Shown one piece after another: positions 1 through 9,570 of a stretch of 64,000 nt of DNA (its first letter is position 1; each line of letters opens with the position of its first letter). This DNA comes from Porphyridium purpureum (taxonomy: Eukaryota). A program made the translations under genes and the position numbers. Location: the NCBI GenBank assembly GCA_008690995.1, contig VRMN01000003.1, forward strand, positions 1,054,001-1,118,000. Reading direction: 5' to 3'. The notes under the pieces were generated by a model. That model saw only the letters and a list, made by a program, of their open reading frames with translations. It did not search any database and was not told where the DNA came from.

Positions 1-2
1 CT

Positions 3-1352
3 CACCATCTCTCGTTCAATTCCCTTTAAAGGGAACTCATGGGTAAATGCCTTAAAATCCTGAGTGCGAATTACTTTTGGGGTCTCACTCGTCCAGTCAT
101 CCCGAGGAAGCACCAAAATTGCCATCGGATGCTCTCCAACGCCGACGAGAATGCCAACTTTTCCTCGCGGTGCATACTTATTGTCAGGCTGATCATCTTT
201 GTAGACCACCTTGCACCCGAATGGCAAACTAAGATTTCTCGGCGACCATTTTTCACCACGTCGTAATTCAAACGGCGTCTTTCCAGACTTCCTGCCCACG
301 TGAAGTCTATTCGTCATGAACGCAAAATGCTGCGCGGCGTGCATGAACCAACGCTTCCCGAGTCCGGCCTGCACAAGATTCGCACGGATTCCCTGATTCA
401 GCGTGTGGTGAAACCGCTCCTGTTCAGCATGACTGTTTGGCCTGTACGGAATCCCCACCTCGTGCTTTATGAGGTGTTCACGCACCAGTCTCCCCACATC
501 TCCCTTGAACTCATTCCCATCATCCGTTCGCAAAACCTTCGGCCATCCTCTCCCGGCTTGCACACTTTTCCAAGCGTCCGCAACCGCCGTGTGGGTTTTC
601 GCACGTAGCCCCGCCAATGTCACCCATCCTGTGGCTCTGTCGATATGCGTCAAAATAAACTTTGAACCATCTACCGACTTCACATTTCGCCCAGGCTCCA
701 CCAAGTCAATTCCGACTTCATCATTGAATGACAATGCACTGACATCTTTCTCCAGCCTTCGGGCCGGGCGTCGCTTTATCTTCGCCACGACACACGTCTC
801 ACAGTCTCTTTGCATAGGCATGTGAGTCAACTCGTGTTCCGAAGCAGCCACGCTCTGATTTTTCCCGTCAAGCTCGGGAACCACTTCTTCAACATTTTCC
901 AACGTGCATATTTCCTTCCCCTCGGGCCTCGTTTCCATCAGTCCCTTCTGCCAATCAATCTTAGGATTCACCATCTTGAGCCATTTCCACCCTAAGATGG
1001 CATCCATACGAATGGGACCGATATAAAACTCGACGTTCCCTATCCAGAAACCGAGGTCCACCGCAAGCACAATGGGGCCGTGCACCTTCATTCTCTGTCC
1101 TCCCGCAAGCTCGACCATGCATTCATCGCAACTGGACTTTACGCTTGCGTCCAAGAATCGGGACCCCAGGAAATTATGCGACGCTCCACTGTCAATCAAG
1201 AAGTCGATTTTTGAACCACTCACTTTCCCATGTTTGTAGAAGAGCCTTGACCTCGCACCCTCGTGCGCAACACCTTCCACAACACCCATTACAGGAGGCT
1301 CCATTCCCCTCGAGATCTCCTCCTGTCTTGGCTCTCGAGGTCTTAGTTTTCC
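3..1352 (-). CDS. pol: Pol (partial): aspartic protease followed by integrase, in the -1 frame relative to gag
   Basis: Manual translation is stop-free to the window edge: FLIDSGASHNFL, DAILGWKWLKMVNPKIDW, HELTH-x6-CETC, VGIDLV, LRTDDGNEF, PYRPNSHAEQER, TNR, KTPFE, LPFGC, KYAPRGKVGILVG. Absent from the ORF track because no stop lies in the window. Confidence 0.92.
1291..1352 (-). promoter_or_regulatory. Putative -1 ribosomal frameshift signal (slippery site plus H-type pseudoknot)
   Basis: G GAA AAC (1346-1352) immediately before the gag TAA, then a 5-nt spacer. Stem 1 is CCUCGAGA/UCUCGAGG and stem 2 is ACAGGAGG/CCUCCUGU. Confidence 0.8.
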
Positions 1353-2290
1353 GGCTCTGGCGGACCACCTGCCAAGCGCTCCTTCAATTTAGGGCATTTG
1401 GGCTTAATGTGTCCACGTTCTCCACAATGGTAACACTTCACTTTGGTCTTGCCAGACTTCCGCTTGTCCATGGCTCCCAAATCCATTGGTGCGCTACCAG
1501 AATGCGACGAGAACGCCCTGCTATGAGTCGATGACGAGTTCTTGATCACTTGACTCATATCTCCTCCGAACTTTGCAACCTGCTCAGCTGCCAACGCAAC
1601 TTTCAGTGATTCTTCCAAGGTCCTTGTGTCCTGACGGGCCACCTCAATACGCAGTTTCTCCTTCAAGCCCAGCGTGAAGATGGTGTTCAGTTCTGCATCT
1701 GTCACATCTTCAACTGACAACGCTGTCATCCTGAGATTCTGCTCAAATTCTGCGACCGTCATTTTCCCTTGCTTCAACTGATACAGATTGGTGCGCGCTG
1801 TCAAATGCGCCTGCGGCGGCTCAAACGCTGTGCGCACGAAGTTTGCGAACGCATCCCATCCGGCCTCTGCAAGGCCCTTTCTCTGCTCCTCCGGACGAGC
1901 TGCCCAAAGCAGCGCTGCGTCCCTCTCGAAAAAGCGACTTGCAACAATCACTTTCTGCGAGTCCAAAGCACCTGCGGGCATGCAGATATCCAGGTCGCTC
2001 TTCATTCGCATCAGCCATTCATTGACAACGAGCTTGTCACGCTGACCATCAAACTTTCTCAAACTGCGCCCAATTAACGCGGCCATGGCACGATCGTTGT
2101 CACCAGACCCAGACGCCACGGTCTGCTGGCGCAACAAAACTTGCATCATTTCATGGAGGTTACGATTCGCTTCCTGCACTTGTGCCATCATCATCTCCTG
2201 TCCCGCAATGCGCGCATGCAGCTGATTAGCTGCCTCAATCCATGCCGCATTCTCCTGCGGGACATTCATTTCCATTTCATGGCTTTCCAT
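1343..2290 (-). CDS. gag: Retrotransposon Gag (Ty3/gypsy-like capsid plus CCHC zinc knuckle)
   Basis: First ATG after the PBS (MESHEM...). Motifs KFDG, A-x-L-W, LYQLKQGKMTVAEF, F-x-x-GL, PMDLG and CYHCGERGHIKPKC. Confidence 0.92.
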   Translation of the reverse strand: MESHEMEMNVPQENAAWIEAANQLHARIAGQEMMMAQVQEANRNLHEMMQVLLRQQTVASGSGDNDRAMAALIGRSLRKFDGQRDKLVVNEWLMRMKSDLDICMPAGALDSQKVIVASRFFERDAALLWAARPEEQRKGLAEAGWDAFANFVRTAFEPPQAHLTARTNLYQLKQGKMTVAEFEQNLRMTALSVEDVTDAELNTIFTLGLKEKLRIEVARQDTRTLEESLKVALAAEQVAKFGGDMSQVIKNSSSTHSRAFSSHSGSAPMDLGAMDKRKSGKTKVKCYHCGERGHIKPKCPKLKERLAGGPPEPEN

Positions 2291-2301
2291 TCTCTCCAAA
2301 C

Positions 2302-2319
2302 AACCGGGCGATGATACCA
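2302..2319 (-). promoter_or_regulatory. Primer-binding site, tRNA-iMet type
   Basis: Minus strand TGGTATCATCGCCCGGTT, 2 nt after the LTR-terminal CA. Matches the plant iMet PBS TGGTATCAGAGCCAGGTT at 15/18 positions. Confidence 0.85.
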
Positions 2320-2321
2320 CT

Positions 2322-3114
2322 TGGAATTTCTCCCTCTCCGCTTTGTAACCGAATCAACAAAACCGGACCGCTTCACCGATAACAGGAACTGGAAACCACC
2401 ACACCCCGGAAACTGACAAACCGATGACGAACCGACACACCGAAACGAACGGAAGGACAAGCAGGACAATCAGAGAAAAGTGGCTAGAAAGGAAGAGAGG
2501 ACAGAAAATTCAACTTATAGGGGACTACGAGAGGGAGTGGACCGGTCTTGACAAGTGAAGGGTGATGGAAGGTACGTTTAAACCCCAGCTGCCTTTTTAA
2601 AAACACTCCAGACCGATATCCGCTCGCACAACACGCTAGCGTGCCTCTCCCGCAAATCCAACCCAAGTCTTCCAACGACTGCCTCAATCCAACTAACCAA
2701 TTCTCTTTTTATTCTGTTTGCCCTTACCTCTTCTTCTACCTTGACCTGGAAATTCCCGGGAACCAGCTTGCCCCTTCGTCCTTTTATACCCTTCGTCCTT
2801 GCTCTTTCCAGCAAGGACGGGAGAACAAATTTCTCCAACAGGACGAATTTCCACCACAGGTTTTGATTCGTTCCACAACTCGCAACCACAGCCGGCCACG
2901 TATCCGGAAAATGGCCGGGAGGGCGCGTCAAGAACGAATCCAGAAGCTTCGGCCGGCCTTTGACCTTTGCACAAGGCCACACAAAACGACAATGACAAAC
3001 ATTTCGCAGGTCCGAGATCATCACGCTTCTCGAACAATCTTTCATCATAGAACTTTCTAGGGTTTTGTACTCAAAACCCTACGGCGTCTCTCGGGGCGGA
3101 ACCCTAAAATTCCA
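2322..3114 (-). repeat. 5' LTR (793 bp)
   Basis: Bounded by an 8-bp inverted repeat TGGAATTT...AAATTCCA (2322-2329 and 3107-3114). Ends 2 nt before the PBS. TATAAAAG on the minus strand at 2781-2788. Flanking CGCTT (3115-3119) is a candidate TSD. The partner LTR is outside the window. Confidence 0.85.
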
Positions 3115-3184
3115 CGCTTTAATTCCCGTTTAGCCATCTACTGTACCTCCGAACTGTCTGTGCAAAAGACGAGTCCACCTCGAA

Positions 3185-4585
3185 TCAATCGGCGGCCAGC
3201 CGGTTCAGCCTTTGGTCGAGCCAATTGGAGCAGCACGCGCGCACGAGCTCGCATACTTCAGCCGCCGCGTTGTCCACGACATCTCGAGCTCTGCCGGTAT
3301 CACCCATGGTGAGATACGGCTCCAGGTCCAACGCACAAAGTCGCCTCTCTACGAGCGCGGTGATGTCAGCTATTTGCTCGGGCTGAATGCATTCGCTCTG
3401 GCCCGCCCTTGACCGACATGGAATGTTTCGCTCGGGCTTCATGTCTTTGATGTAGTTCTGGAAAGTGGTGTTAAGCTGCTCTGGAGCATCCTGTACAATA
3501 ACCACCGAGCTGTTGCTGCACGAGTCGCTCTCAGGGTCACAAGCGCTTTCTGCATCCGCCGAGCTTGCCCGTATTTCTGACGGACCTCCTCCCGCCTTTC
3601 CACTGAAGTTATTGCCGAGTCCTACATGATCCGCACGGCCATCAGGATTTCTCGCCTGATTCGTGCGGGACTCCTGCATGGCACTCTTCTCCACTTGCTC
3701 CTGTATAAGCTCATCTGTAAGAAGCTGTCGCGCAATTTCCATGGCCGCTCGGTATCGCTCGACAAAGCCACAAAGAATCCGCTCTTCATCATCTTCATCG
3801 TGTGCCAAAAAAGGGTGCTGCAGGAGCTCCGCGGCGCTCTTACGCTCGCTCGGGTCCATATGCAGACAGCAAGACACCAGGTCAACAAACTCGTCACTCC
3901 AACCTTGCGGCGCTGAAAGCGATGGCGGTGGGCCCTGTGGAATCAAGAAAAGTGCACGAAAAGGATGCACGTGAAATAAAGGTGGTTCTCGCTCGGCAAA
4001 TTCAATCAAGGTAATTCCAAACGACCAGATGTCTGCTTCAGCGCCGTATGCGCTCCGCTGCACAACTTCTGGAGCCATCCAGAAGATTGAACCTTTAACG
4101 TCATTCCGCCGTGGCATGGACTCGGTGAGTTGGACGGCCGTGCCGAGATCACCGAGCTTCACACGCCCAGTCGCCTGCAGGAACACGTTTCCTGCTTTAA
4201 TGTCGCGGTGGACGACTTTCTGTGCGTGCAAAAAGACCAATGCACGTAAAGTGGCGCGCGCCAAGGCCCTTATTTCAGGCTCATAGATGTGCGCGTCGCA
4301 CATGTGCAGGACGTCAGCCACCGAACCCATCTCACACAACTCCATATCCAGCAGCACTTCATCGTGCACACTGTCGAGGTGGTAGTTGTGCAGCCGCACA
4401 AGATCTGGATGCCGAATCTGCTTGAGCACAAGAAGCTCCTCTAGCACCGCCTCCCACGCATTATTTGCAAGCTGTATCCGCTTTAGAGCAACAAACCGGG
4501 CGCGCTTACGGTCATACGCCCGGTAAACGTCCCCGGACGCTCCTCGTCCAAGCAACTCTTTGAGCTCGTACCGCTCAAACAGCAT
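3185..4585 (-). CDS. STE20/MST-like Ser/Thr protein kinase
   Basis: GRGASG, VALK, HRDIKAGN, DLG, FWMAPE, DIWSFGIT, PPLFHVHPFRALFLIP. Start uncertain (ATG 4585 or 4630). Confidence 0.9.
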   Translation of the reverse strand: MLFERYELKELLGRGASGDVYRAYDRKRARFVALKRIQLANNAWEAVLEELLVLKQIRHPDLVRLHNYHLDSVHDEVLLDMELCEMGSVADVLHMCDAHIYEPEIRALARATLRALVFLHAQKVVHRDIKAGNVFLQATGRVKLGDLGTAVQLTESMPRRNDVKGSIFWMAPEVVQRSAYGAEADIWSFGITLIEFAEREPPLFHVHPFRALFLIPQGPPPSLSAPQGWSDEFVDLVSCCLHMDPSERKSAAELLQHPFLAHDEDDEERILCGFVERYRAAMEIARQLLTDELIQEQVEKSAMQESRTNQARNPDGRADHVGLGNNFSGKAGGGPSEIRASSADAESACDPESDSCSNSSVVIVQDAPEQLNTTFQNYIKDMKPERNIPCRSRAGQSECIQPEQIADITALVERRLCALDLEPYLTMGDTGRARDVVDNAAAEVCELVRACCSNWLDQRLNRLAAD

Positions 4586-4693
4586 TCTGCTGGCCTTACG
4601 TTGCTTGTAGCTCGCGACAGTGTGAGACATGTGCGAACGGACACAACGCTTCAGGGGCGCACAAATCGCCTGCAGTCTCATTTGTGGAAGCTC

Positions 4694-6778
4694 ATGTTGA
4701 TACTGGAGCATTCTGACGCTGAAGCAGGAGTCAGGTACGCGCGAGATCGCTTTGCGCGGTTGCGCATACCAGACCTGCGACTGTTGATAGCGACAACTGT
4801 GGTGGGTATTTGTCTGAGTGTGTGGTTTCAGTTTCGGCACGATGAACCGCGTGTTGATGTGCCTCCAGCGTTCGAGGCAGTTCTGGAGACGGAAAAGCGC
4901 GGACAGGTCGACGCTTCTAGATTCCAAATCAGGATAACAACTACACCGGTGACGACGAGTGGCGCGGTTGCACATGTAGGTTCTGCTCGTGTCACGCAAA
5001 GTACCGAAAGCTCGGTGGCGATGATCAATCCTGGATCGTCCAGAAAGGATGGGGCCCACGCAGAGCAGAACTCATTCGCAAAAGACGCCGCGGGTCCGCT
5101 GGACGTGGTTCCCGAGAGTGAGCCAGTGAAGACCCACGATGACCATTTGGGAGCGAGTTCTATTCCTGCAATGAAAGCAAACGCAGGCTTGCTAGGTGAG
5201 TTGAAGACGAAACCAGGGAGAAGTGAAGGTGTCCAAAACCATGAAAGCTCTGCTGGAGCAATATTACGCGACCGAGTCCACTCCGGAACACGATCCTCAG
5301 ACGCATCACGGTTCGTGGATGTTGGCTATTCACGAATAGTATCCCGTGCGGAAGAAACCCCCGCAGTCTGGAGTACTTACGACACCCAAAATTTCGAGAT
5401 GTACGAGATGTGTGCAGAATTTGACACTATTCTCGATGCGCGATGTAGTGCACAACAACTCGTCATGGAGCTTGGCCGACTGAAGGGCCAAATTGAAGGA
5501 ATGCAGCCTCCAGAACTGGCACTCCGGAGGCGGCAGCTAGCGTGCATGTATTGGCAGCTGGAGCACGCGTACAGAGCAAAAGTTCCGAGCGCGTGGTTAA
5601 GTGCCAAGCTAGAGGCAATGCTTCTTCAGTTGACCTTCTTGTATTGGAAAGTGTACAGCGACCACCAACGCCGGAAAGCGTGGATTTATCATTTTCACAT
5701 AAGCAAAGCGGTGGGTACGAGGTTCTGCCGGCTAGCCGCTTTGAACGGATGTGCAGCTCCTGGTCTCAGGAACGCCAACCCTGACAATGGTGTTGATGGC
5801 CAGAATTGCTTTGCGCGCGGTCTCAACGACGGAACACATTGGGATCTACTTCGAGTCTCGAAGCCATTGTCATCAAGGATGCTCGCAAGTATGAGCCGTC
5901 TTGAACGCACGCGCACGTGCAAAGCGCGCAGAAAGTTCATGAACCGAACGGGTCTGACGTACGAGGCAAATGAAAACTGGGCGGGCCTCCCGCTCAATGA
6001 TTCCACCTGCTCGCAAGACGCACTCTCTTTTCTGGTGATTCGTGAGCCGGTCGAACGCACAGTATCCATGTTGTCCAATTCCATTCCTGTATTTCTGCGT
6101 ACGGGCGAATGCATCAGGTCCGATCGCGTGAATTTGTCTGATGATCGTTTGGATCCAGAATGTGTGCTCGAGAACAAGTACTTTGCGACAGATAATTATC
6201 AAGTGCGCATGCTGGGCGGTTTTCGGGCGGCGCTCCGTCCGCTTGGCGGCGTGACGAGTGAAGACCTCGAACAGGCCAAGCGGGTGGCTCGTACAGTGGA
6301 TGAGCTTTTCATCGTGAACGGAGGCGAACCGGAATACTTTGCCTCAGCCGCAGCTCATCTTTCGTTGGGTCTAGGCTACTCAGTTTATCGTGATTTCGAG
6401 CTTTCCACGAGCGAGGAGCGGCGAGCACGCCCGATCCTGGGTTTCAACGAAAAGCACTATGATCTGCTGCGCCAACGCGCAAACGAAGAATACAAGCTCT
6501 GGCACTATGCTCGCCAGCTCTGGACTTTGGACCATTTCTTGATGTACAAAACTGAAAGGGTCTGTGAAAATGAGACGAACTCGCCATTCTTCAACTCGTG
6601 GACCTGTGCACGGCTGCGCATGCATCCAGACCCTATTGGCAAAAACATTGAACGGCAGTCGCGGATGTGGAGGCCAGCGTCGTGCGGATGTGGATACGTT
6701 GGACTAATCGACGATGAGGAGCGCCGAGAGTGTTTCAGAGACATTGTCGAGCGTTTGGACTCGAGACTCTCCCCGTAG
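4694..6778 (+). CDS. Putative type II membrane (Golgi) carbohydrate sulfotransferase
   Basis: N-terminal TM (LLIATTVVGICLSVWF) and long stem. PAPS-binding-like motifs FHISKAVGT (5'-PSB) and VIREPVERTVS (3'-PB), plus DNYQVRML. Confidence 0.65.
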   Translation: MLILEHSDAEAGVRYARDRFARLRIPDLRLLIATTVVGICLSVWFQFRHDEPRVDVPPAFEAVLETEKRGQVDASRFQIRITTTPVTTSGAVAHVGSARVTQSTESSVAMINPGSSRKDGAHAEQNSFAKDAAGPLDVVPESEPVKTHDDHLGASSIPAMKANAGLLGELKTKPGRSEGVQNHESSAGAILRDRVHSGTRSSDASRFVDVGYSRIVSRAEETPAVWSTYDTQNFEMYEMCAEFDTILDARCSAQQLVMELGRLKGQIEGMQPPELALRRRQLACMYWQLEHAYRAKVPSAWLSAKLEAMLLQLTFLYWKVYSDHQRRKAWIYHFHISKAVGTRFCRLAALNGCAAPGLRNANPDNGVDGQNCFARGLNDGTHWDLLRVSKPLSSRMLASMSRLERTRTCKARRKFMNRTGLTYEANENWAGLPLNDSTCSQDALSFLVIREPVERTVSMLSNSIPVFLRTGECIRSDRVNLSDDRLDPECVLENKYFATDNYQVRMLGGFRAALRPLGGVTSEDLEQAKRVARTVDELFIVNGGEPEYFASAAAHLSLGLGYSVYRDFELSTSEERRARPILGFNEKHYDLLRQRANEEYKLWHYARQLWTLDHFLMYKTERVCENETNSPFFNSWTCARLRMHPDPIGKNIERQSRMWRPASCGCGYVGLIDDEERRECFRDIVERLDSRLSP

Positions 6779-8050
6779 CGCGGTCGTCAGCCTAAAGATT
6801 CGTCTTCGAGCCGCTGGTATTGTAGCGCGTAGCCCGTTCGCTCATTATGCGTAGCTATTCATATGAAGTGCCTCTAACTACTGATCTTGAACCGTGGCTC
6901 GTCCAAAAGACATGGGCACCGTCACGGTGCACGATACAGGCAGCCGATCGCAAGGTGGACGAACGGAGGGACAACCACGAAAGCGTGAAAAGGTTACAAC
7001 GCAGGGTACGCTTCCGATTGTGCCGCGACGTCATGCTCACTTAACCTTCGTGAGCTCCATGCAGACCCGAAGCTTCCGTGCACGCTTTGGGTCCAGTCAT
7101 CCTGTCTCGGTCATGTCTTCCCCGGAGCGCACCCGCAGCCTCGAACATGAGAATTATTGTTGCACTGCGCAGTGGCTGTGGCGATGATAGCGGTAATCGT
7201 GGGGCAAGTCAATTTTTTATTTTTTGGAGGAAGCAGGAATGACCTTTCTTTTTGTCCCGTCAGGTATCGATTGATTTCTGCGCCACGGAACCGCGTCCTA
7301 ACCCTGCGCCGGCCGAGTCACAACCCTGATCGAATTACGTGCCGAAATACGCACCACCCGCCGCATCACCCCGCGCACCCACCGCGGCACCCACCGTACC
7401 GTCCCGGTACCCACCGCGTTGGCACCACCGCGCAAAGCCGCAGCGCCGCACGCAGATTGGCGCCCGGGTGAGGCGCGTGCGCCGTGTCATCATGGCAGCG
7501 CCGGTCGCGTGGCAAAGGCTGGTCGTGCTGCCTTGGCTCGGTCCGTGCTCTCACAAAAGGACACACACACACACGTGTTCCTAGCAAACGCGCCGCTTTT
7601 CGGGTGGCACGTGGAAGCCTCGCGTGCGACGTTTTTTTTGGGGTCATGCGCACACGACACTCCTAAGATCCGCAAAGGGAACGTGCTGGTCAAAACCCAC
7701 CCGCTTACTGGGAACGGCAGGAATCCAGCAGAAATCCCGCTTTCGCGTGGTTCTTGCGCACTGAACGGCCGGCTTGCGCCGCAAAAATTGCCACCCGGCG
7801 GAACAGCGTGAGCGGAACGGATTCTTCCGCAGGATGACGACGCAGAGAGCCCAAAGCGTGACACGGCATCCGATCTTACGCAAACGCACGTCATGTCGCA
7901 CAGGAACGGACACAAGCTTGTATAAGAAGATGAGGCGAGCGCCACCGAGCTCTCCGCAAACGATCGGAAGTAAAAACATCAACCGATGGAGTCGGTCAGC
8001 TTCACTGGGAACGGGCAGGGTTCTTGGTGTGCGTGCAGAAGCAAACTAGT

Positions 8051-9028
8051 ATGAACGCCTTTCCGAGGTTTGCGACCGAACCCGTCATGTACAAGGAACA
8101 AGGTCGCATAGGCTCGCCACCGGGGTCACAGCCACTGGGCTTCCCGGAGAAAAACAAGGGCCCAAAGCTATCGAACAGTCACTCGTTGCATGGGGGAATG
8201 CTGCTCCCGCCGCAAGATAAGTGTGACAACTCATCTGGGTCCTTGGTACCGTCTCCCATGGGATCGGGCTCCGTTTCCGGTTCCATCTTTTCATCGGTCA
8301 CGCCTACGACTCGCGGCTCGGCTCTCGAAAGGTTGCGCGCAGAATTTCCAGAGCCGCGAGCTCACGCGTCTCAGTACATGACGCTTCCGTCACTCTTTGC
8401 TGGTGGACGTCAGGGTCACATGGAATGGGGCGCGCCGCAGCCCATGGTCAGCGCATTTGGGCACACGCCGTACGATGCGCAAGGGCATATGTCCGTTCGT
8501 GCGCAGCGACAACTACCGCAAATTGCCGTCGCGGGTCAGGATCGGCACTCATCACAGCGCATGCTGCGGGACGAACATTCTGAGATGCCATCCGGGCTGA
8601 ATCGGCTGAAGAGAGCGAGTATGTCGGATCATGCAAACAATACGGGCATCGCAGACAGCGTCGCGGAGGGCAACAGCACCGCGGAAGCCCCGAAGACGCT
8701 TGACGACTCCCGGCGGACATGGAGCGACGACGCCAGTTGGCGCGGCGCGCAAGGCGAGGAGGGCGTTACTCTTGACATTAAGAAGAAAGCGCGCAGAAAG
8801 TTGTTGAATAGAGAAAGCGCGCAGCGCAGTCGTGCTCGGCGAGCGCAGCAGGTTGAAGATCTGTCAGTCACAGTGAACCAGTTATCGGAAGAGAACGCGG
8901 CGTTGAGGGCGCGGATTGGAATTCTCGAGCAGGGCTTGATTTTACGGCAGATTCCCCTCCCCCAGTTACCTCCACTTCCGCCGCCGCCGGCGCAAGCACT
9001 CGCGGGGCGAGAGTCGCATCAACCATGA
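8051..9028 (+). CDS. bZIP transcription factor
   Basis: RRKLLNRESAQRSRARR basic region followed by a Leu heptad (L...L...L...L). Confidence 0.9.
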   Translation: MNAFPRFATEPVMYKEQGRIGSPPGSQPLGFPEKNKGPKLSNSHSLHGGMLLPPQDKCDNSSGSLVPSPMGSGSVSGSIFSSVTPTTRGSALERLRAEFPEPRAHASQYMTLPSLFAGGRQGHMEWGAPQPMVSAFGHTPYDAQGHMSVRAQRQLPQIAVAGQDRHSSQRMLRDEHSEMPSGLNRLKRASMSDHANNTGIADSVAEGNSTAEAPKTLDDSRRTWSDDASWRGAQGEEGVTLDIKKKARRKLLNRESAQRSRARRAQQVEDLSVTVNQLSEENAALRARIGILEQGLILRQIPLPQLPPLPPPPAQALAGRESHQP

Positions 9029-9375
9029 CATGAACTTTAGGCTAAGATTGTAAGTACAGAAAAAAGATCGCAACAAGTGAAAGCGCGGCGACCTCCGCTG
9101 TCGCTCTCAAAAGCGCTCTATGTACGTGACATGTCTCACCCGGCTGGTTTGGAGATGGCGCACTGTACGAGCATCACGCGCGTGCCCAAGCGCCAACGTC
9201 CCAGTTCGTCGCGCAGATGTTGTGATTATGGAAATAGGATCTACGAAAGCGCTTCCGAAGAATGAACAGAGGAAGAGGCGGAAAACACTGCGGGCTTTAC
9301 ATAAGAAAAAAGATAAAGGCGCCAGCGGCACAAAACTCAATATACCACCGGCCGCGGCCCATTGACGACACGCGC

Positions 9376-9570
9376 TTACTTCTTTGGACTGAGGACTTCG
9401 CGGGACACGATTTTTCCGCCCTCCCACTTGGCTTTGATCATTTCCCATGCTTTCACGCCGCCCCGTGCTTGCGCCGCGGGGTCCACCTTTGTGGCGCGGC
9501 GCACATGCTCCGCGCAGATGTTGGAATAGCGCAGGAAAGTCATGCCTGCCTCACGCCAGTACTGCCCCAT
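9376..9570 (-). CDS. ATP15: Mitochondrial F1-ATP synthase subunit epsilon
   Basis: 64 aa with YWREAGMTFLRYSNICA..VRRA and a C-terminal KWEGGK, typical of ATP5E/ATP15. Confidence 0.88.
   Translation of the reverse strand: MGQYWREAGMTFLRYSNICAEHVRRATKVDPAAQARGGVKAWEMIKAKWEGGKIVSREVLSPKK

Larger units (their letters stand above)
1..3114 (-). mobile_element. LTR retrotransposon, 5' portion (LTR-PBS-gag-PR-IN); continues beyond the left edge of the window
   Basis: LTR with TG...CA termini, iMet PBS, gag with CCHC knuckle, aspartic protease and DDE integrase in an uninterrupted frame. Confidence 0.95.

Noticed and set aside
2578..3060. ORFs of 114-156 aa on both strands inside the LTR
   Set aside because: They lie within the LTR, have no recognisable motifs and mostly non-ATG starts; probably chance.
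4631..5059. N-terminal extension of the kinase ORF to 624 aa
   Set aside because: Antisense shadow of the sulfotransferase-like ORF; kinase homology starts near 4585.
7193..7263. GTAATC...CAG intron-like segment
   Set aside because: No flanking coding exons or transcript evidence.
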